Source: Raillietiella orientalis
Taxonomy: Eukaryota
Assembly: GCA_036172245.1 (NCBI GenBank)
Contig: JAYWIR010000028.1
Location: 558,001-622,000, forward strand
Direction: 5' to 3'
DNA length: 64,000 nt
In this document: positions 11,501 through 25,294 of the stretch, in pieces
How the letters are laid out: the number at the start of each line of letters is the position of its first letter
Position numbering within the stretch: the stretch's first letter is position 1
The notes under the pieces: generated by a model
The model's input: the letters and a program-made list of their open reading frames with translations, nothing else
What the model was told of the DNA's origin: nothing
The model's database searches: none
Made by a program: the position numbers and the translations under genes

Positions 11501-13329
11501 ACCACATGACACATCCGACGACGAGGCAGGGTGTCACCGGTCAGCATCCGCCATCGCCGAAAGCAGTTTATTGCTGTTTGCCGACCACCCATCTCTCCTG
11601 CCGTTCCTGAATCGTCCGCCGCTTGGCGTGCTGCGTGCGCGACTTCCAGAGCTTTCTGGAGCTTCCCTGCGAAATCCAGAAAGCGGAAGGGCGCCACGCC
11701 TCTCCTGTGAAGCAGGAAGGGGGACTTGCGTGCTCCCGGTCTTTTCCGGCTGGTTTGCTCCATCCGCTCTCATGTCACTCGGAGAGGAAGACTCGACCCT
11801 CTCTTGACTCACGGGTTCCGGCTGGCCAGCGTGGGCGCCCAGGACTGGAGGCGAGCTCTCAAGGAAGATCTGCATCGATTCTGAGGATCACCGTCATTCG
11901 ATAACAACCAGCAGGGGAAAAAACGGGAATGCAAATCCAGGAGCAGGGCGACTCGGGAGCTGGATGTGAAATTCCAGAGGGGCCCGCAGCAACCCCTTCC
12001 TCTCTCCCCTTCCGTCTCACTGCAAGGGCATCCTGAACGTGCAAGTGCGTATTAGTGCGTGCGTTCGTGCGAGTGTTTGCAGAGCAGTCTGGCGATGCCA
12101 AGAAGAAGAGAGGTTCTCCCCGACGAGATGAGAGTCGTAATCGACTGGCGCATTGTCGCTCCCGATGATGAACACTATTTCCCCCAAAGTGTGTTGGTTT
12201 TCCCGAGGTTCTAAGAATAGTTTGGGAAGCGCTGGTTATACAGGGTAGAAGCGGTCGGCCTCAAAGGGCTCCCAGAAGACGAAGCCTGAGGGATGGAGCC
12301 CGCTATTCCGCTTCTCCGCCCGAGCCTGCTCGTTGCGGAGCCGATGGTCTCGCGGTGGCGAGAGCAGGAGGAACTGTGAGAGCGGGACTGCGAAGAACGT
12401 GGGTGTTCTTACGAGCAAAGCCGTCGCTTTCGAGAAACTGCCTCTCTCCCAGACTTCTGCGTTGCTTCTCGCCGGCTGCCGAGTTGCGGACTGAGGTGGC
12501 TAGGAATGTCAACCAGCATCCGAAACCATTCCTTTCCATCTGAGGAATTCCTTGGCGTTTGCTCACCCCGTTCCCCAAATCGCCCGCATCCCTGAGAATC
12601 CGGTAACGAGGACCATCGATGGAGTCCCGAGCAACAGCTAGTGAAGGATGAAGCTAGGAATTGGGCTGGAGGTGCGCTGAGATGCAGTTGAGAGGGGCGA
12701 CAAAGGCGGAGAAAGAGGAAGCGAGGTTTCAACCCGAGGAACACTCTTATGCCGCGCCCACTTTCAAGATGCTCCCTACCATCTGCATCCAGTAATGGGT
12801 GCTGTCTCTTCCTCTGCACGCGCGTGCGCAGAACTCATCGCAAGCACCTCGGGATCGCAGAGCGCGATCTCGTAAGTGTGTTGCTGGCTTCCGCGTCTGC
12901 GGGGATCTCCAGCTTCGCGTCTTCTCGCTTCCTGCGTTCTGCTTCTCTCCAGGACCCGGCCGAGCAGAGGAAAAGCTCCCTTGCCCTTCCCAGTCCCTGC
13001 AGTGTGTCCTCGGTTCCCCCTGTTCCGATAGCTCCGTCGGAGACGAGGAGAGAGTGGGGCGGAGGTGCTGCGCTCCGAGCAATATGATACTAGCAGGGAG
13101 AGGTCGGCCGTCTGTTCGCAAGCGCCACGAGGGATCGAGGACTCCAGGACAGATCCCAAGTCAAATGTCTTATGGGGAGGGAAGGAAGGAAAGGAGAAAA
13201 ATGGGGAAAGAGAAGAAAAAGATGCAGATTCGAAAAAATGGCGGGAATCTCAAGGGTTCCGAAAGTGAAGGAAACGCAAAAGGGTCGAGTCGGACCGCCT
13301 CGCCTGCTCGATGAGATCCCGGACCGCGT

Positions 13330-13720
13330 GCGTGTCAGGGTGAACTCTTTCTGGTTCACAACGAAGAAGAAGAGGGGAGGTCCGCTTTTCACTTGGGAAG
13401 AAAAATTTATCCCTCTCCTCGGGACGCGCCTCCGGCTCTTCTCCTGGAAATGCACTTTTGCTTGCGGTTCGAACGCCAGCAGTTCGTGGTTGTGGCGTCT
13501 GGATAGTAGGTGGGGACTCACCGAGATGGCACTGCTTAATTGCACCGGAAAAGAATCCGAAAACGAAAAAGGCTTGTCTCACCCCCTTGGTTACGGCAGA
13601 GAACGGTGGATGTCCACGTTGTCATACGAGACGAGGGTTTCCACAGCAGCTGGAAGAAGGAACAAAGGGCTGAATGCAGCAGCGACCGGAGAGGGTCACC
13701 TAGTGAGAGGATTCTTGGTT
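13330..13720 (+). mobile_element. Non-LTR retrotransposon ORF1 (gag-like) remnant
   Basis: GTRLRLFSWK...WLWRL followed by a decayed CCHC knuckle (CSS...GEGHLVRG near 13675-13712). Confidence 0.3.
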
Positions 13721-16700
13721 CCTCATAGCATCACAGTCTACGGAGAAAGAAAGGAAAGGCAAAAAAAAAAAAAAAAAAGGAGGGAGAGAAGGAGGAGGGA
13801 GGGAAAAGAGGAAAGAGTTCGAGAGTACTGGTTTCTCCCGAATCTTCCCAGCCGTTTCCCTCCACCGTGCTTCTAGTCAGAAGCACCGCCTCCTCCTGCT
13901 GGAGAGGGGTGTCGCTTTTCGGGAGCGGAAGCGGAAGCGGTGAATCCATTTGCGAAACTCTTTGCCTCCTTATCGCGTTTTGGAGAATTCTCGCGGACGC
14001 ACAGGAGACGCGCGCGTACAGCGTGGACATCTCTCCTTCCCCTTCCCTCCTTCTCATCCCTCGCGCAATGATCTTCGTTGCTTAGGCGGGTAGGAGCGGG
14101 GGATGCGGTGTTGAGAGGCTGGAAAGGGAGTTTGCAGCCCAGCGAGCGATGTGGCGTTTGTCCCCCACCCATCTCCACGCCCCACTCCGACGTCGAGAGA
14201 CGTCAGGTGTTTCGGAAGGAGGGGCCACTTTTCGTCGGTTCCGTCTCTCTGTTTTCTCCGTCAACGCTCGCGTCGGAACGCGCCCCCTGGTGATGGTGGC
14301 GCTTGCAGGGAGCTTCTCGGGCCAGCTGTGTGGTAGAAGTGAGGGACAAAGGAGGTGGTAATCCTCGTTCCTCCTGCCTCGGCTTCTCTCCGCCATGCCG
14401 GATGTTTGGGCGCACCCGGGGTAGGGGTGAAAGAGCCTTGCTTTTCCCTAGGCTTCCATGAGGTCGGGTGCTGCCCTCCAGCGCCGGCGGCCGCCCGGAG
14501 AGGGCTAGTGACGATGAGGAAGACCTGCCGCCATTCTAGTGGCACATCCTTCCTGGCTGAGGCTGCTGGCATTACGGGATGGGAACCAGCGGTAAGAGGC
14601 CCCTCGTGACCTCGGAAAAGCCGCCGGCGCCCGCCGAACTTGCGCTGCCGTCTCACTCGTCGGAGGCGGCTGGACGTCGTGGCCGGGTCTGCGCTCGGGG
14701 TGGCACTTTCTATGGCGACACATCCGGTCGAGTTGAGCCTTCCCACGCGACGACCTCTCTCCGCTCTGACTCGAGCGTCACGCGGGATCGGCGGGGTTTA
14801 TTTATAGTGCGGCTGGCAAGAGCGCGGCTGTGGACGGACTTCAGAGACGGCGCGGGCTCTCGCTCGGGGTCGGCAGACGTATAGCGGGAACGGAGCCCCT
14901 CGATGGACGTTTTTGCTTTCTTCCCCCTCCCCCCTCAGAAATCCCTTCTCCCTTATCCTTATTTTTCCTGGTGTAAAGCGCAAGGGCGAAGAGCTACACC
15001 GCTTCCTTTGGCTGGAGACAGTGGCGCTTGAATGGAGGTCTCAGTCTAACTCGGGGGACGAACCTCTCTGCCTTTGGAACAGGAGCAGGTGTTCGTCTTT
15101 TCAGCACCCATTCTTGGATTTATGGACTTTTGGTCCAGCTGGGTATCTGTATCGGAGACCCTCTTCCTCCTCTCCATTCCTCCTTTTTTTCTGTTTCTCC
15201 TTATCATCCCTCTCCCCTTCCGACGCGCTCCTGAGGACAGCTCGCACGCGTTCCACCTTCCATGCCTTCCCCGACCACTCCCTCGCGAATTTCCGAAAAT
15301 TTCTCGGGTACCCCGCCAGGGCTGCTGAGACTCTGGATCTGCATAAAAAGAACCAACTCGTTCCAGTTCCAGGGTAGCAGGAAGTTGGATGCCGCAGCTT
15401 CCGCCGCTACTTTTACTGGAGCCTTCCTCCTGGTCCATCCGAAAGGCTTTCGTGAGAGACTCCCACCCTTCCCAATATCCCCACGGAACGAATACCCTCC
15501 TTGCCTTCGAGGCCCCCTTGAAAGCCGGGGCGGTCCGACGTGAGCAAGCTTTTCCGGATCATCATCCTCTCCTTTTTCCCTTCCTCTCCAGAAGAAATCC
15601 TTTATTCCCTTGGGTGGTCCTCCTTCCGTCCTCTCCAGCGTCCAGGAAGCAGGGGATCCGCACCAGCATTCCTTCCTCTTCGACTGTCCTCCATCACCCA
15701 TGGCGTGGGACGAGGCGACGTTTGCTCCAAAAGAGAGCTGCAAGCGATGTCTAGGAGCGTCGTACACGCTTCCAGGCGGTGCTCTGCATCCTCCCCCATC
15801 CTCTGCTCCTGTATGACGCCCGTTTGCGGTTGGGGAAGGGCGGAGAAGCTTCCTAGAGCACGGAGCGGCTTGTGCGACAACGCGTGCCCTCGACCCTCCC
15901 ATCCTCCATAAAGCGGTCGTCTCTGGTGCGTTCTACTAGACGGCAGTCTCACCCGGCGCTTCGTCCGCTGTGCTGCCAAAGTGCCGTGCGAGGGACGCAT
16001 GCGCACGTCCCTCAGAGGACAAGCGCGGCCATTCTCACTTCCTTTTCGAGGAAGGCGCAAGTAGAGCCTCTCCTCGCTGCCCCACGACCCTACCTCCTCT
16101 CTCGAGTGGAGGGAATAACGCAGTACATGTGAGGAGACTGTGGAAATCGCAAAGGCAGGGCCGATTCCGGAGGGGGGCGAGGAGGAACAGCAGCAACAGC
16201 ATCCAGCCCATATGAGCTCATGCTCTGCAGCTGCTCGGCCGGAGCTGGGACAGTCGAAGGGGGCGTGCCTGACTCACGGAGAATGGAACAGGACGTGCGG
16301 GGGAGCTTCCTGGTACTCTGCCGGATCCTCGCGCTCCTGTCGGCAGAGCTCCAATCCCTGAGTCTCCTCCCCAAAATCGCCGCCTCCTGTCGCAGGGTTG
16401 GCTGCTCGCGTCGGTCTCAAGGTGGTGAAGAAGAGTGGGTGGGTGGGTGGATCACGTGGGTGGGAGGAATCGCACGATCTTCGTGCGATCCCTCCTCCTC
16501 CCTCCCTGGCTAGCCGCGCTCGCGCGCAGACGCTCTTCTCCGGTTGACTCGAGGGGGGAGCTCGTCCCTGCTTCCCGGCGGCTAGCCGGCTGGACGAAGC
16601 CGCCGCGCCAAAAGAGCCGCCGCCCGCCGTCTCTGGTCTTAAGGCGCAGGTAGACGCGATGACACGCCGGCGCGTCGTGACTCGTCTCGGGCCCAAGTGC

Positions 16701-19700
16701 GCGCAAGCGATCGTCCATTTCCTGTTGTTGCCTGCGGGACTTTCCCTTCGTCCGGAGAGCGGCGACGATGGCAGCATCAGCGGCAAGAGGCGGCGACATC
16801 CATCCCTCAGCGCCCCCCGTTCCTCTGCATCCCGCGTTTCGATGGCCTCGAGGGACGTTCCGAGAGGGACTCTCCTCTTGCGCTCGCTCGCGGTCTCGCG
16901 CTTCTCCAGGATTCCCGCTGAGCGCGGAGTGTCCCGGAAGCGAGGAAGTCTGGACCGCGAGCGCCCAAGAATACAGAAGGGGGAAGGCGGCTTCGCGTTC
17001 GGAGGCTCCCCACAAACCTCTGGAAGCTGGCAAGCGTCTCCCATCTGTGGCGCCTTTGGTGACGGTGCGCGCACGAAATGGAAAGCCATCCGCACTGCGT
17101 TCGCGGGGGCTCCCGCGTTGCAATGGTCGCAGCAAAGTCCCCCATTGCCCCACCCGCCCTTTTCCATCCTCCCTTCCTGCATTCCTCTTTCGTTTTTCAG
17201 CGAAGCCCCTCGACTTGACAAAACCGAGGAGAAAGAGCAGGGGGGAGGGGAGGGGAGGGAAGCACCGACCTCGCCGTGGGTGAACGATCCGCGAAGCAGC
17301 GGCGCCAACCTCCGACCACCCACCCTTCCGGGAGGCTCGACCCTTCCCTCCCGTCCCTCCTCCTCCTCTTCCTCCTTTCCCGAGAGGTTTCCGCTGGAGG
17401 AGGGATCCCGGAACCGAGCGAAACCCGAAACCAAAGCCGGGAAATCCGAAACGGGGCTTTTTCTTCCACGGCGGGACCAGCCGGGTTCTCCTGGAGCGCG
17501 CGCGGGAAGCCGCCGCTGTGGTGCTCCCGCGAGTTCCGCGGCCGCGCGAGAGTATCTCCGGCAAATCTTCCGGAAACACGCTCTCCAGGCCGTCCAGTCT
17601 TCCGCTCGGTTTCCCTGATTCTTCTTCCTCATCCTCCTCCTCCTGCTCTTCCTGTTCTTCCCTTTACTTCCTTCCCTTTGGGGTGGTGCACTTCTCCACC
17701 ACGGCTGGCAAAACCATCACCTCTCGATTTTTTTCTCGGCGACTGATCTGCAAGGGGAGAAGGAGGAGCACGAGCGAACAGCACACTGCTCCCGGGATGC
17801 TCTCGAAAAGGGGGCCTCCCGTGCCCTCTGGCTCCGGGGATCGCGGTGCCGGCGTTCTCGGAGAAATGCAGTCCTACGCTACAGGAAGCGCACTTGGTCC
17901 CATTCCCTGCTCACATTCCTCCTCCTCTTCGCCAACACCGCCAGTTCCTCTTCTTCCATTTTGCTCCTCCGCCCTCTGCTTCCCATCACCGCCGCCGCCA
18001 CCGTCATCACCCAATCCTCTCCTTCCGTTCTTCCTCCTCTTCTTCCTCCCTCCCCTCAACCCTCCCTTCCGCGAAGGGAGGGTTGGATTTCGGCACTCGC
18101 AGGGAGGCGGCTGGCTTGACAGAGCGACGTCTCCATCGTGATGCATTCCAGCGCGCGCGCGCGCGCGCGCTCCACCCGTCTTTTGTGCTCCGGTCCCATC
18201 TCCTTCCGCGGGAAGAGCCATTCGCGACAGCTGTCTCGCACGACGGAAGCTCCGGGACTCGTGAGTGATCGTCTGGCTCCTAAGGGAGAAATGCCTTCCC
18301 TTTCCTTCTGCTCTGAGCAAGCCCCTCTGCCAGGTACGGGAGAGCCGTGCACTCCCCCGCGTCTCCTGGAATGCTCCCGACGAGAGAAAGACGCGCGTTC
18401 CCGCGAGTCTCCGGAGGACGAATCGCGCCGGATGCCGAAAGGAAACGTTCGTCGTCCTATCAGGGAAGATGCGTCGTCCCTGGAGGATTAAAAGGGAAGC
18501 GTTGCATCGCCATCCGTCCTTCGTCCTCCTGTCCGGTCCATCCGGAGGTGACTCCGGTAGGTGGAGGTAGAACAGCTCCCGCAGCTTCGGGCCTCCGCGA
18601 TGTGCTCTCCCAACTGTGGCTCCAGCCCATGGCGCGCAGGGCGAAAAAAGTGCTCCTCCTTCCACCATGCGCAAGAGCAGGCAACGGCTTAGAGCATCCT
18701 CCCTCAAACTCCGCGTCCTTCTCCCAGGGAATCGCCGCTCCGATGCGAGTGACATCTGACGAGGGAAAAGCGCAGCCTTCTCGTCCCGTGTGAGGAGGGA
18801 ATGAGGCCACGATGTTTCGTGCTGCGGAGTTAGCAGCGACCCTTCTCTGATAGCCTTCAAGGTCCTGGAGCACGCATACGAGTGACCAGCTTGCGTGAAG
18901 GCCCGATCCAAGTGAAGTCCTCTCTGGTATCCTGGAGTCCAAGTGGAGGGGTGGATGAGGATGGGGAAGAAAAGAGCCGACACTGCTGCTCCTGCTGGAG
19001 CGATCGGGGCAGTTCTGGGAAGATACAACCACAGACATCAAGAGAAAGATCGCGCTCATGTGCACGCGTGAAAAAGAGAGAGGGAGAGAGAGGGAGAGAA
19101 GGTGCAAGGAGAAGACAAGAGAGTCATCGTCCCTATTTCCTCGGGGAAGAGCCCTTGCTTTGTGGTTTGTGGTTGCCCTGGAAACTCCACCTATAACGAA
19201 TTCCGGAGGCGGTCACCACGAGTGGTTTCCGCCTCACCGGTAGTGCCCCCTCCTCCTCCGCAAGATGGAGCAGCCAGAAAGCTCATCGCGCGATCACTAG
19301 AGCAAGAAGAGCAAGAGCAAGAGCCTTTTCTGCATCCCTTTTAACTCTGAGAGGGAAGAAAGGGAAGATTTGGACGGAACGATTCTCTCAGTTGCAAGCT
19401 GCGAGCGGCTCCGGTGTCTGTTTCCGGTCTGGCAGCAGAAGAACCCTGGAAGCGGCCGCTCGCTCGCTGAAGATATATTCGTGGACGGCCCTCTCCCTTC
19501 CGTTTCCAAGGAAGATGGGGACGGGCACTCGGATGTGCCCCTGATCCCCAAACGCCCACGACTCCTTCTCTCGTTCCTTCCTTCGTCACCGTTGCCAAAA
19601 GTCGGGGGTGGTGAACCAAGGGGAGATTCAATCTGAGCTCCGAGGTGGACGGAGCCATCTGCAGAGAGGAGTAGTAGAGATTTCGCGTCAGGGAGACCGG

Positions 19701-22700
19701 AGGCGGAGTATTGCTTCAGGAAAACCGGAAGTAGGGATGGGCAAAGCGGGTGCTCCCTCTGTGCTCCCTGCCGAGGATGCGCGCACTCTTCTCCCCTTAT
19801 GCCGCACGCACGCTGCTGCGCATCAGGAAGGGAGGCAGATGCAGAAGGAAAGCACGATGCATGAGGCAATCCAAGCGCTCTGCACCGAGGACTCATCTCG
19901 AAAGGACATCTCTTCCCCCATGCGATGCTGCTGCAGAGAATTCAAGGAACATGCGAGCGCTACGAAGGTGCGGAACAGGGTGAACTAGGAGGCAGGTGGG
20001 GTGGGGGGGAGAATGAGGATTGAAGAGGACCGTCACACCCGGCTGTGCGAGATGCGAGGCGTGGTCTCGACTTTGCCGGGGGCTGGAGGAAGCCATCCTC
20101 GGCTTCGATGGAGCCTGGCAAAAGGCAGGACGACTCATTTCCCGTGGATGCAGGACACTTGCGCCGAAGTATCCTCGAGAATATGATCTCACATTTCCTG
20201 AACCTCTCTCCGGAAGCATCCTGGAGTCGAACGAAAGGGAAAGGAAAACCTTGGAGCCTGTTCGAGGTCCTTATCCAAGGGAACTCCCATCGTTCCCGGG
20301 CTGCTGCCCGCTCGAGGGCATGCTGGCCGACTCCAGAAGATGACAAGAGAGGGGGTGGGAGGGGCGTGTGCTGCCCCCGCTTCCGAGAAGACCTGCTATC
20401 TCGAATACGAAGGCGGGGCTCCGGTGCTGCTTCCTGAGGGGACAGGTTGCCAGTCCTTCCGCGTTCCCTCAGAATCCGCGGAGCAGCGTCACTGTTCGTT
20501 CCTCCACCGCCATCTCCTTCCTTCCCTTCCTTTCCTTCTCCCCCTACCGAAAGCGGCACGCGTATGCGCAAGGGGTCTCGATCGTCGGTCGCGATCCCCC
20601 GTTGCGGTTGCGTCCCGGAAGACAAAGGAGAAAAGGAAACGGGACGGGGATGCTCTTCCTTTCAGACTGTCCGCAGCCGCCGCTTGAAGGTCGCGCGGAA
20701 ACCATCGCCCCGCCATTTTTGTTCCGCTTTATTTCATTGGGGAAGGGGGGGGGGGGACCTCCTTATCTCCCTCATTCTTCTTTTTTTCCGTTTCTCCGAC
20801 CGAGGCTCGGCTTGAAACTCGTCGCCGTGGCAACTCTGGCGTCGCCGCTGTTCTACTCTCCTCCGTCTCTCCTTTTTTGATTCTTCGCCCTTCCTGCTGG
20901 GGAGCTTGGAAGAGAGCGCCAGGGGAGACGATCGGGATTTTCGGTGGACCGAGGACGGCTCCGAGAGGCATGAAGCGAAAGGGCAGCCGCAGTAGCCGGA
21001 GCGTGAAGAAGAAAGGGCGGCCCACCTTCCAAGCGCTCTGCATCTTCCGCGGAGAGAGAAGCAGAAAAGCAGGGAAGGAGAGGGCGCCCCGCGGGGGAGG
21101 CTGCTGGCTTCCAGAGACGAAAGGAGGAAGAGAGAAGTGAGATGGAACGGCTGTGACGAGCGTGCCGGGGGATGATTGCAGCAGCAGCAGCAGCCGGAGC
21201 GGGTGCAATCGACCGTCTCGGAAGACGCTCACTCAGCAGCCGCAGCCATCCTTGGGCTCTTCGCTCTTGTCCGCAAAGGTGAGTCCTAGCAGCAGTCTGG
21301 AACAAAGAGAGAGCAAAAAAAGAAAAAAAAAGAGGCAGAGAAAAAAGCAAGGAGTGCTCCGGCACTCGAAGCAGTGTGGGGACGGGGAGTCATTGCCCAC
21401 GCCCCCTTCCCCAGCCGGCCAGCACCTGGGGATTTCTCAGTGTCTCGCGCGAGGGCGCAGTTGCAATCCTTCGTGGCACCGGTTATTCCTTGGGTTGGTG
21501 CGTGCGCAAGCCAACCTTGCTCCTCTTCGGCCCCCCTTCTACCGGTACCGGTTTGTCTCCGTGGATGCGACCCAAAGGCCATCCGGAAATGCCGTTTTTT
21601 CCCCAAGGCAGCATGCCTCCTGAGAAGCGGGAAAGAATCCAGGAACGGGTTTCAGGTAGGGAAGCAGAGGAAGGTTCGCCGAGGGGGCGGGACCCGCCGT
21701 GGTCCCTTCTCCACGCCATCCGCTCCTGTCAGAGCTTCAAGGGATGTAGCCGTTGCGAGGGTCCATCAGTCTCGCCGTTGCGAAGGTGACGGAGAAGGGG
21801 AGCGGGAGAGATCCGAGTTGTTCCGCGTGCCGAGAACCGACTTCGGGATGGTCTCTCCAGGTTGGCGACCCTTAGCTAGTGGCCTCCTCGCCTCCCATGC
21901 GCGTGGGAGCGCATCCCGGCTTTGTGTGAAATGTGGACCGATCCCCTGTGCACTTCATGGGATTCTTGGCGCTTTCACGCTCCATCCTGGAGTCAGCAAA
22001 GGGGGGTCAGCGAGGCAGCCTCGAGACCCACTTGTTCCTCTCCACCTTCGCACGATGAGTGGCACCTCCTTGATCCGGTGTTGCAATGTCCGGGAATCTC
22101 CTTTCTCGGAGGGATCGCCGCCGCAGAATCCCTGTGTCTGTATGCTCTGGTCTGATCCCTGTCTGAACTTCCAAGGAGTCAAGCCGTCCCCCACGCGTAG
22201 GAGTGAGACTAATCCCCTTCTTCCTCGCTTTCCTCCCTGCCTCCTCTTCTTCCCTCCGAGCTCTAGTCGTTGGCCCCTGGATCCTCCAAAGAGGGGTGAC
22301 CCTCCTCGAAGGGAGCTGCTGGTGTATGGAAGAGCTCGGGTCACAAGGCGGAAATGAGTGAGGAAGACGTGGAGCAGAGGAAAGCACGTCGGATCCGAAA
22401 GGGGGCACGACTGCGCCGAATTGTTTCTGGTAGGAGGCTCTATGACAGCTTCCTCTCGGCTGCCGTCGATTTGTCTCTCGGGGAGAAGTCGACACAGGAG
22501 TGGAGCCCTCCTCCCGGGAGCAATGATTGTCGGCAGAGTTCTTTTCATTTAGAAGATCCCTTCTTCCTCCTTTCTTGCTTCCTGCCTCTTCCCTTCAATG
22601 GACTCTACCCAGCAAGTTTCTTTCGAAGGCGTTGGAAAGGATCAAGTGTGGGGAGGGAGGAGGAGAAGTAAAGAGTTCATGTCGGTGACTCCTCGAAGCA

Positions 22701-23099
22701 GTCTTCCGTGCATGAACAGCGCGAGGGAGGACGGGATGCAGACGTTTCCGGCTCTCGGAGAAGCAGAGAGGCTACCACGTCAGCAGCGGCTCCAGGTGGC
22801 CGCCGGAGGAGGAATTTCCTGACTTCCACAGGGTTGTAGGAAAGGAGGTCGGTAAGTCTCCGCCCGATGCGCTCACGTGCGCAGAAGGCAAGACCCTAAA
22901 TGGCCTCTTCCTCACTCCTCCCCTTTCCCTCCATGGAATCTGCCGCAGCCGCCCGCAGCTCGCTTCTTGTACGGAGGCACTCGCGGCAGTCAAGGTGTAC
23001 CGCAGGTTGTTGCTGCTTTTGCGATCCGAGAAGGTCGACTCTTGACGTTCCTTTCCTCGGTTTCTTTCTGTTCCTGACATTTGGGAGCCTATAAACTCG

Positions 23100-23520
23100 C
23101 AGAAGGAAGTAGCACGGCAGCCACCTTCCTTAACCAAAGAGGGAGCCTTGTCGCAGTTGTCCCCAGTGCAGCAGTCTCTCCAGGACTTTCAAACCGCGGG
23201 ACTCGGGAAAGTCGATGCTGTGCCGTTGTTTCCTCTGTTTGTTCCTCCCCTGTTGCCGAACGCGAATCAAAGAAAATTTTTGATCTCTCTGCCTCCTGGC
23301 CAGCCTATGAGCGGAGGCGAGCAGCACTTCCAAAATTTCAGCACCCCAGCACTTCCCTCCCTGCATTCCTCCCCCTCGGAGAGGGAAGCTTCATCAATGG
23401 TGATACAACGTACTCGAACTTCGATGGGGAGAAGAGTGAGAGAGCTGAAGTCGGCGCACTCGTGCCGGCCAACTCGGCAGTACCTCACCTGCCAGAAGGT
23501 CGGAAAAGCCAAAGGGGTTT
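23100..23520 (+). mobile_element. Non-LTR retrotransposon ORF1 remnant
   Basis: LPKFQHP...LPLGEG followed by a decayed knuckle, YLTCQKVGK, near 23480. Confidence 0.3.
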
Positions 23521-25294
23521 TCCAGGTCACCTTCCCCAGTCTTCCCCACGCAGCTTCCTGCCCTTCGCTTCTCGGATTGCTACACCCTGCGGACTCAGGA
23601 GCAAGGAGGATGCCACACTGAGCACAAGAGAGGAGTTAACCGATCCAAGGGATACGCTGTTGAAAGGATGAGGTCGCCGAAGCAACGCAAGGCGAGAGCC
23701 TTTATCGGAGACCTTTGGAGCGTCTGGGATCCAAACGGCAGGCTCCATCCATAGGTCCAAAGGGCCTTCCTCCATCCCTTCTCTTGCCTTACGAATGGCG
23801 GTCATCCTTGTTCACATTTCGCGCCTAAGCAAACTATCCTCTGAGAAGACCGTTCCAGCTGGCACGGCTTACGGAGAAATGAACTAAGTGAAGAACAAGC
23901 CAATCCACCCCAAGGTGGGTCGCCTCCCAGACTCAGTCTTTTGGTTTTTGCTTTCCTGCCGGTTCTGAAACCGCTCTTCGTCTCCAAGAAGCCAGAACTC
24001 TCCCTCACCGCACCTCCTCCTCACTGCGATGCCGCCCAGGAGGGATCACGAGAAAACTCGCCTAGGGAGCGCGCCGACAGGGAAGATGGCAGTAAAAAAA
24101 GGTGCTGGCGGGAGAGGAAGGGAGAGACACGAGCTTGAAACCGGACTGCCGAAGACGCAATCAAATGACGTCGAAACCCTCGAAGTCTGGACTCAACCGA
24201 TTCGCAGTATCCAGGAAACTTCCGCAGCATCCGAAAACCTCGTTTGGCAAGGGAGGGGGGAAGAAAAGAAAAGAACAGCGCGCGCAGCAGCCATGCTTCC
24301 CCACCCCTGGCACCGATGGAGCCTTTCATCGGAAAGCACACCAAGGTCTTCGCAAAAGCCGCAGCCTGGAAACGCCGGCGTTTAGGCGAGGGATGCGCGC
24401 GGAGCAGGGGAAGCACACGGCCCTGAGAAAAGAGGACGTCCCCTCCCCCCCCATCGCACCCCTGCCTTTCCCCGCTAGCGTCGACGTGCCCGGGCCAGGG
24501 ACAGAAGCGTCCTCTCCTACCTTCGATCCCTCTCCCTCCTTCTCACGCGAAGGGACCCACGCCGCGGACCCTGCAGACCCGCGGCACTCGGAAAAGACAT
24601 AACGACTCCCAGATTCAGATTCGAGCTGCTGCTTGCGGCGGGCAGCCACGGAGAAAGCGAACGCGTCCCGACGTTCGGACCGCCTCCAGCTGGCCAAGCG
24701 GCTTGCCGGCTCAAGAGGCAAGCGCCAGGGATGGAACGGGCGGCACCCCCCCTCCCCTCCCTCTCTACCTTTCATCGCCAAAGGCGCCTCCCACGGAGGG
24801 AAACGACCGCACGCACACACCAAACAAAGAACGCTCGGCGCGCTCCCCCGTCCCGAGGGCGCTACAGGAAGGGCCGCGTTCGCCTCTCCCGCGAGAGGAA
24901 TCCGCTCGCCCATCGCGGACCGCAGCGCAAACACTTTGCGCTGTCCGCGTCCATCTCCCGAGCGGGGACTGCTCCCCGAGCCGCGCCCTCGCTCCCAAAC
25001 GCCAAGACAAGGGCGCATAGCCCGTTTGCTCCCTCCCCGTCCCGCGCAGTGGATTGTGCGGAACCACGAAGCGTCCATGCCACCGCGTCGTGATGGAGCG
25101 CAGCGGGAACGCGGCAGCAGCACATCTGCAGCACCAGCCGAAGATCAGCAACACCTCAACGGCATAATGGCCGACTTGCGGTGTCCGGCCCCGCTAGGGC
25201 TAGGATCAGAGCGTGCAGGTGGCGCATCTCACCGCCGGCACATGCTGGATCCTTCCTCCTGGCGGCCCTCGGCATCCCCGTGGATCAAACAATG

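Noticed and set aside
16274..19028. Long ORFs of 319-452 aa on both strands
   Set aside because: Low-complexity Arg/Pro/Ser/Gly translations in GC-rich, stop-poor DNA, with no domain motifs.
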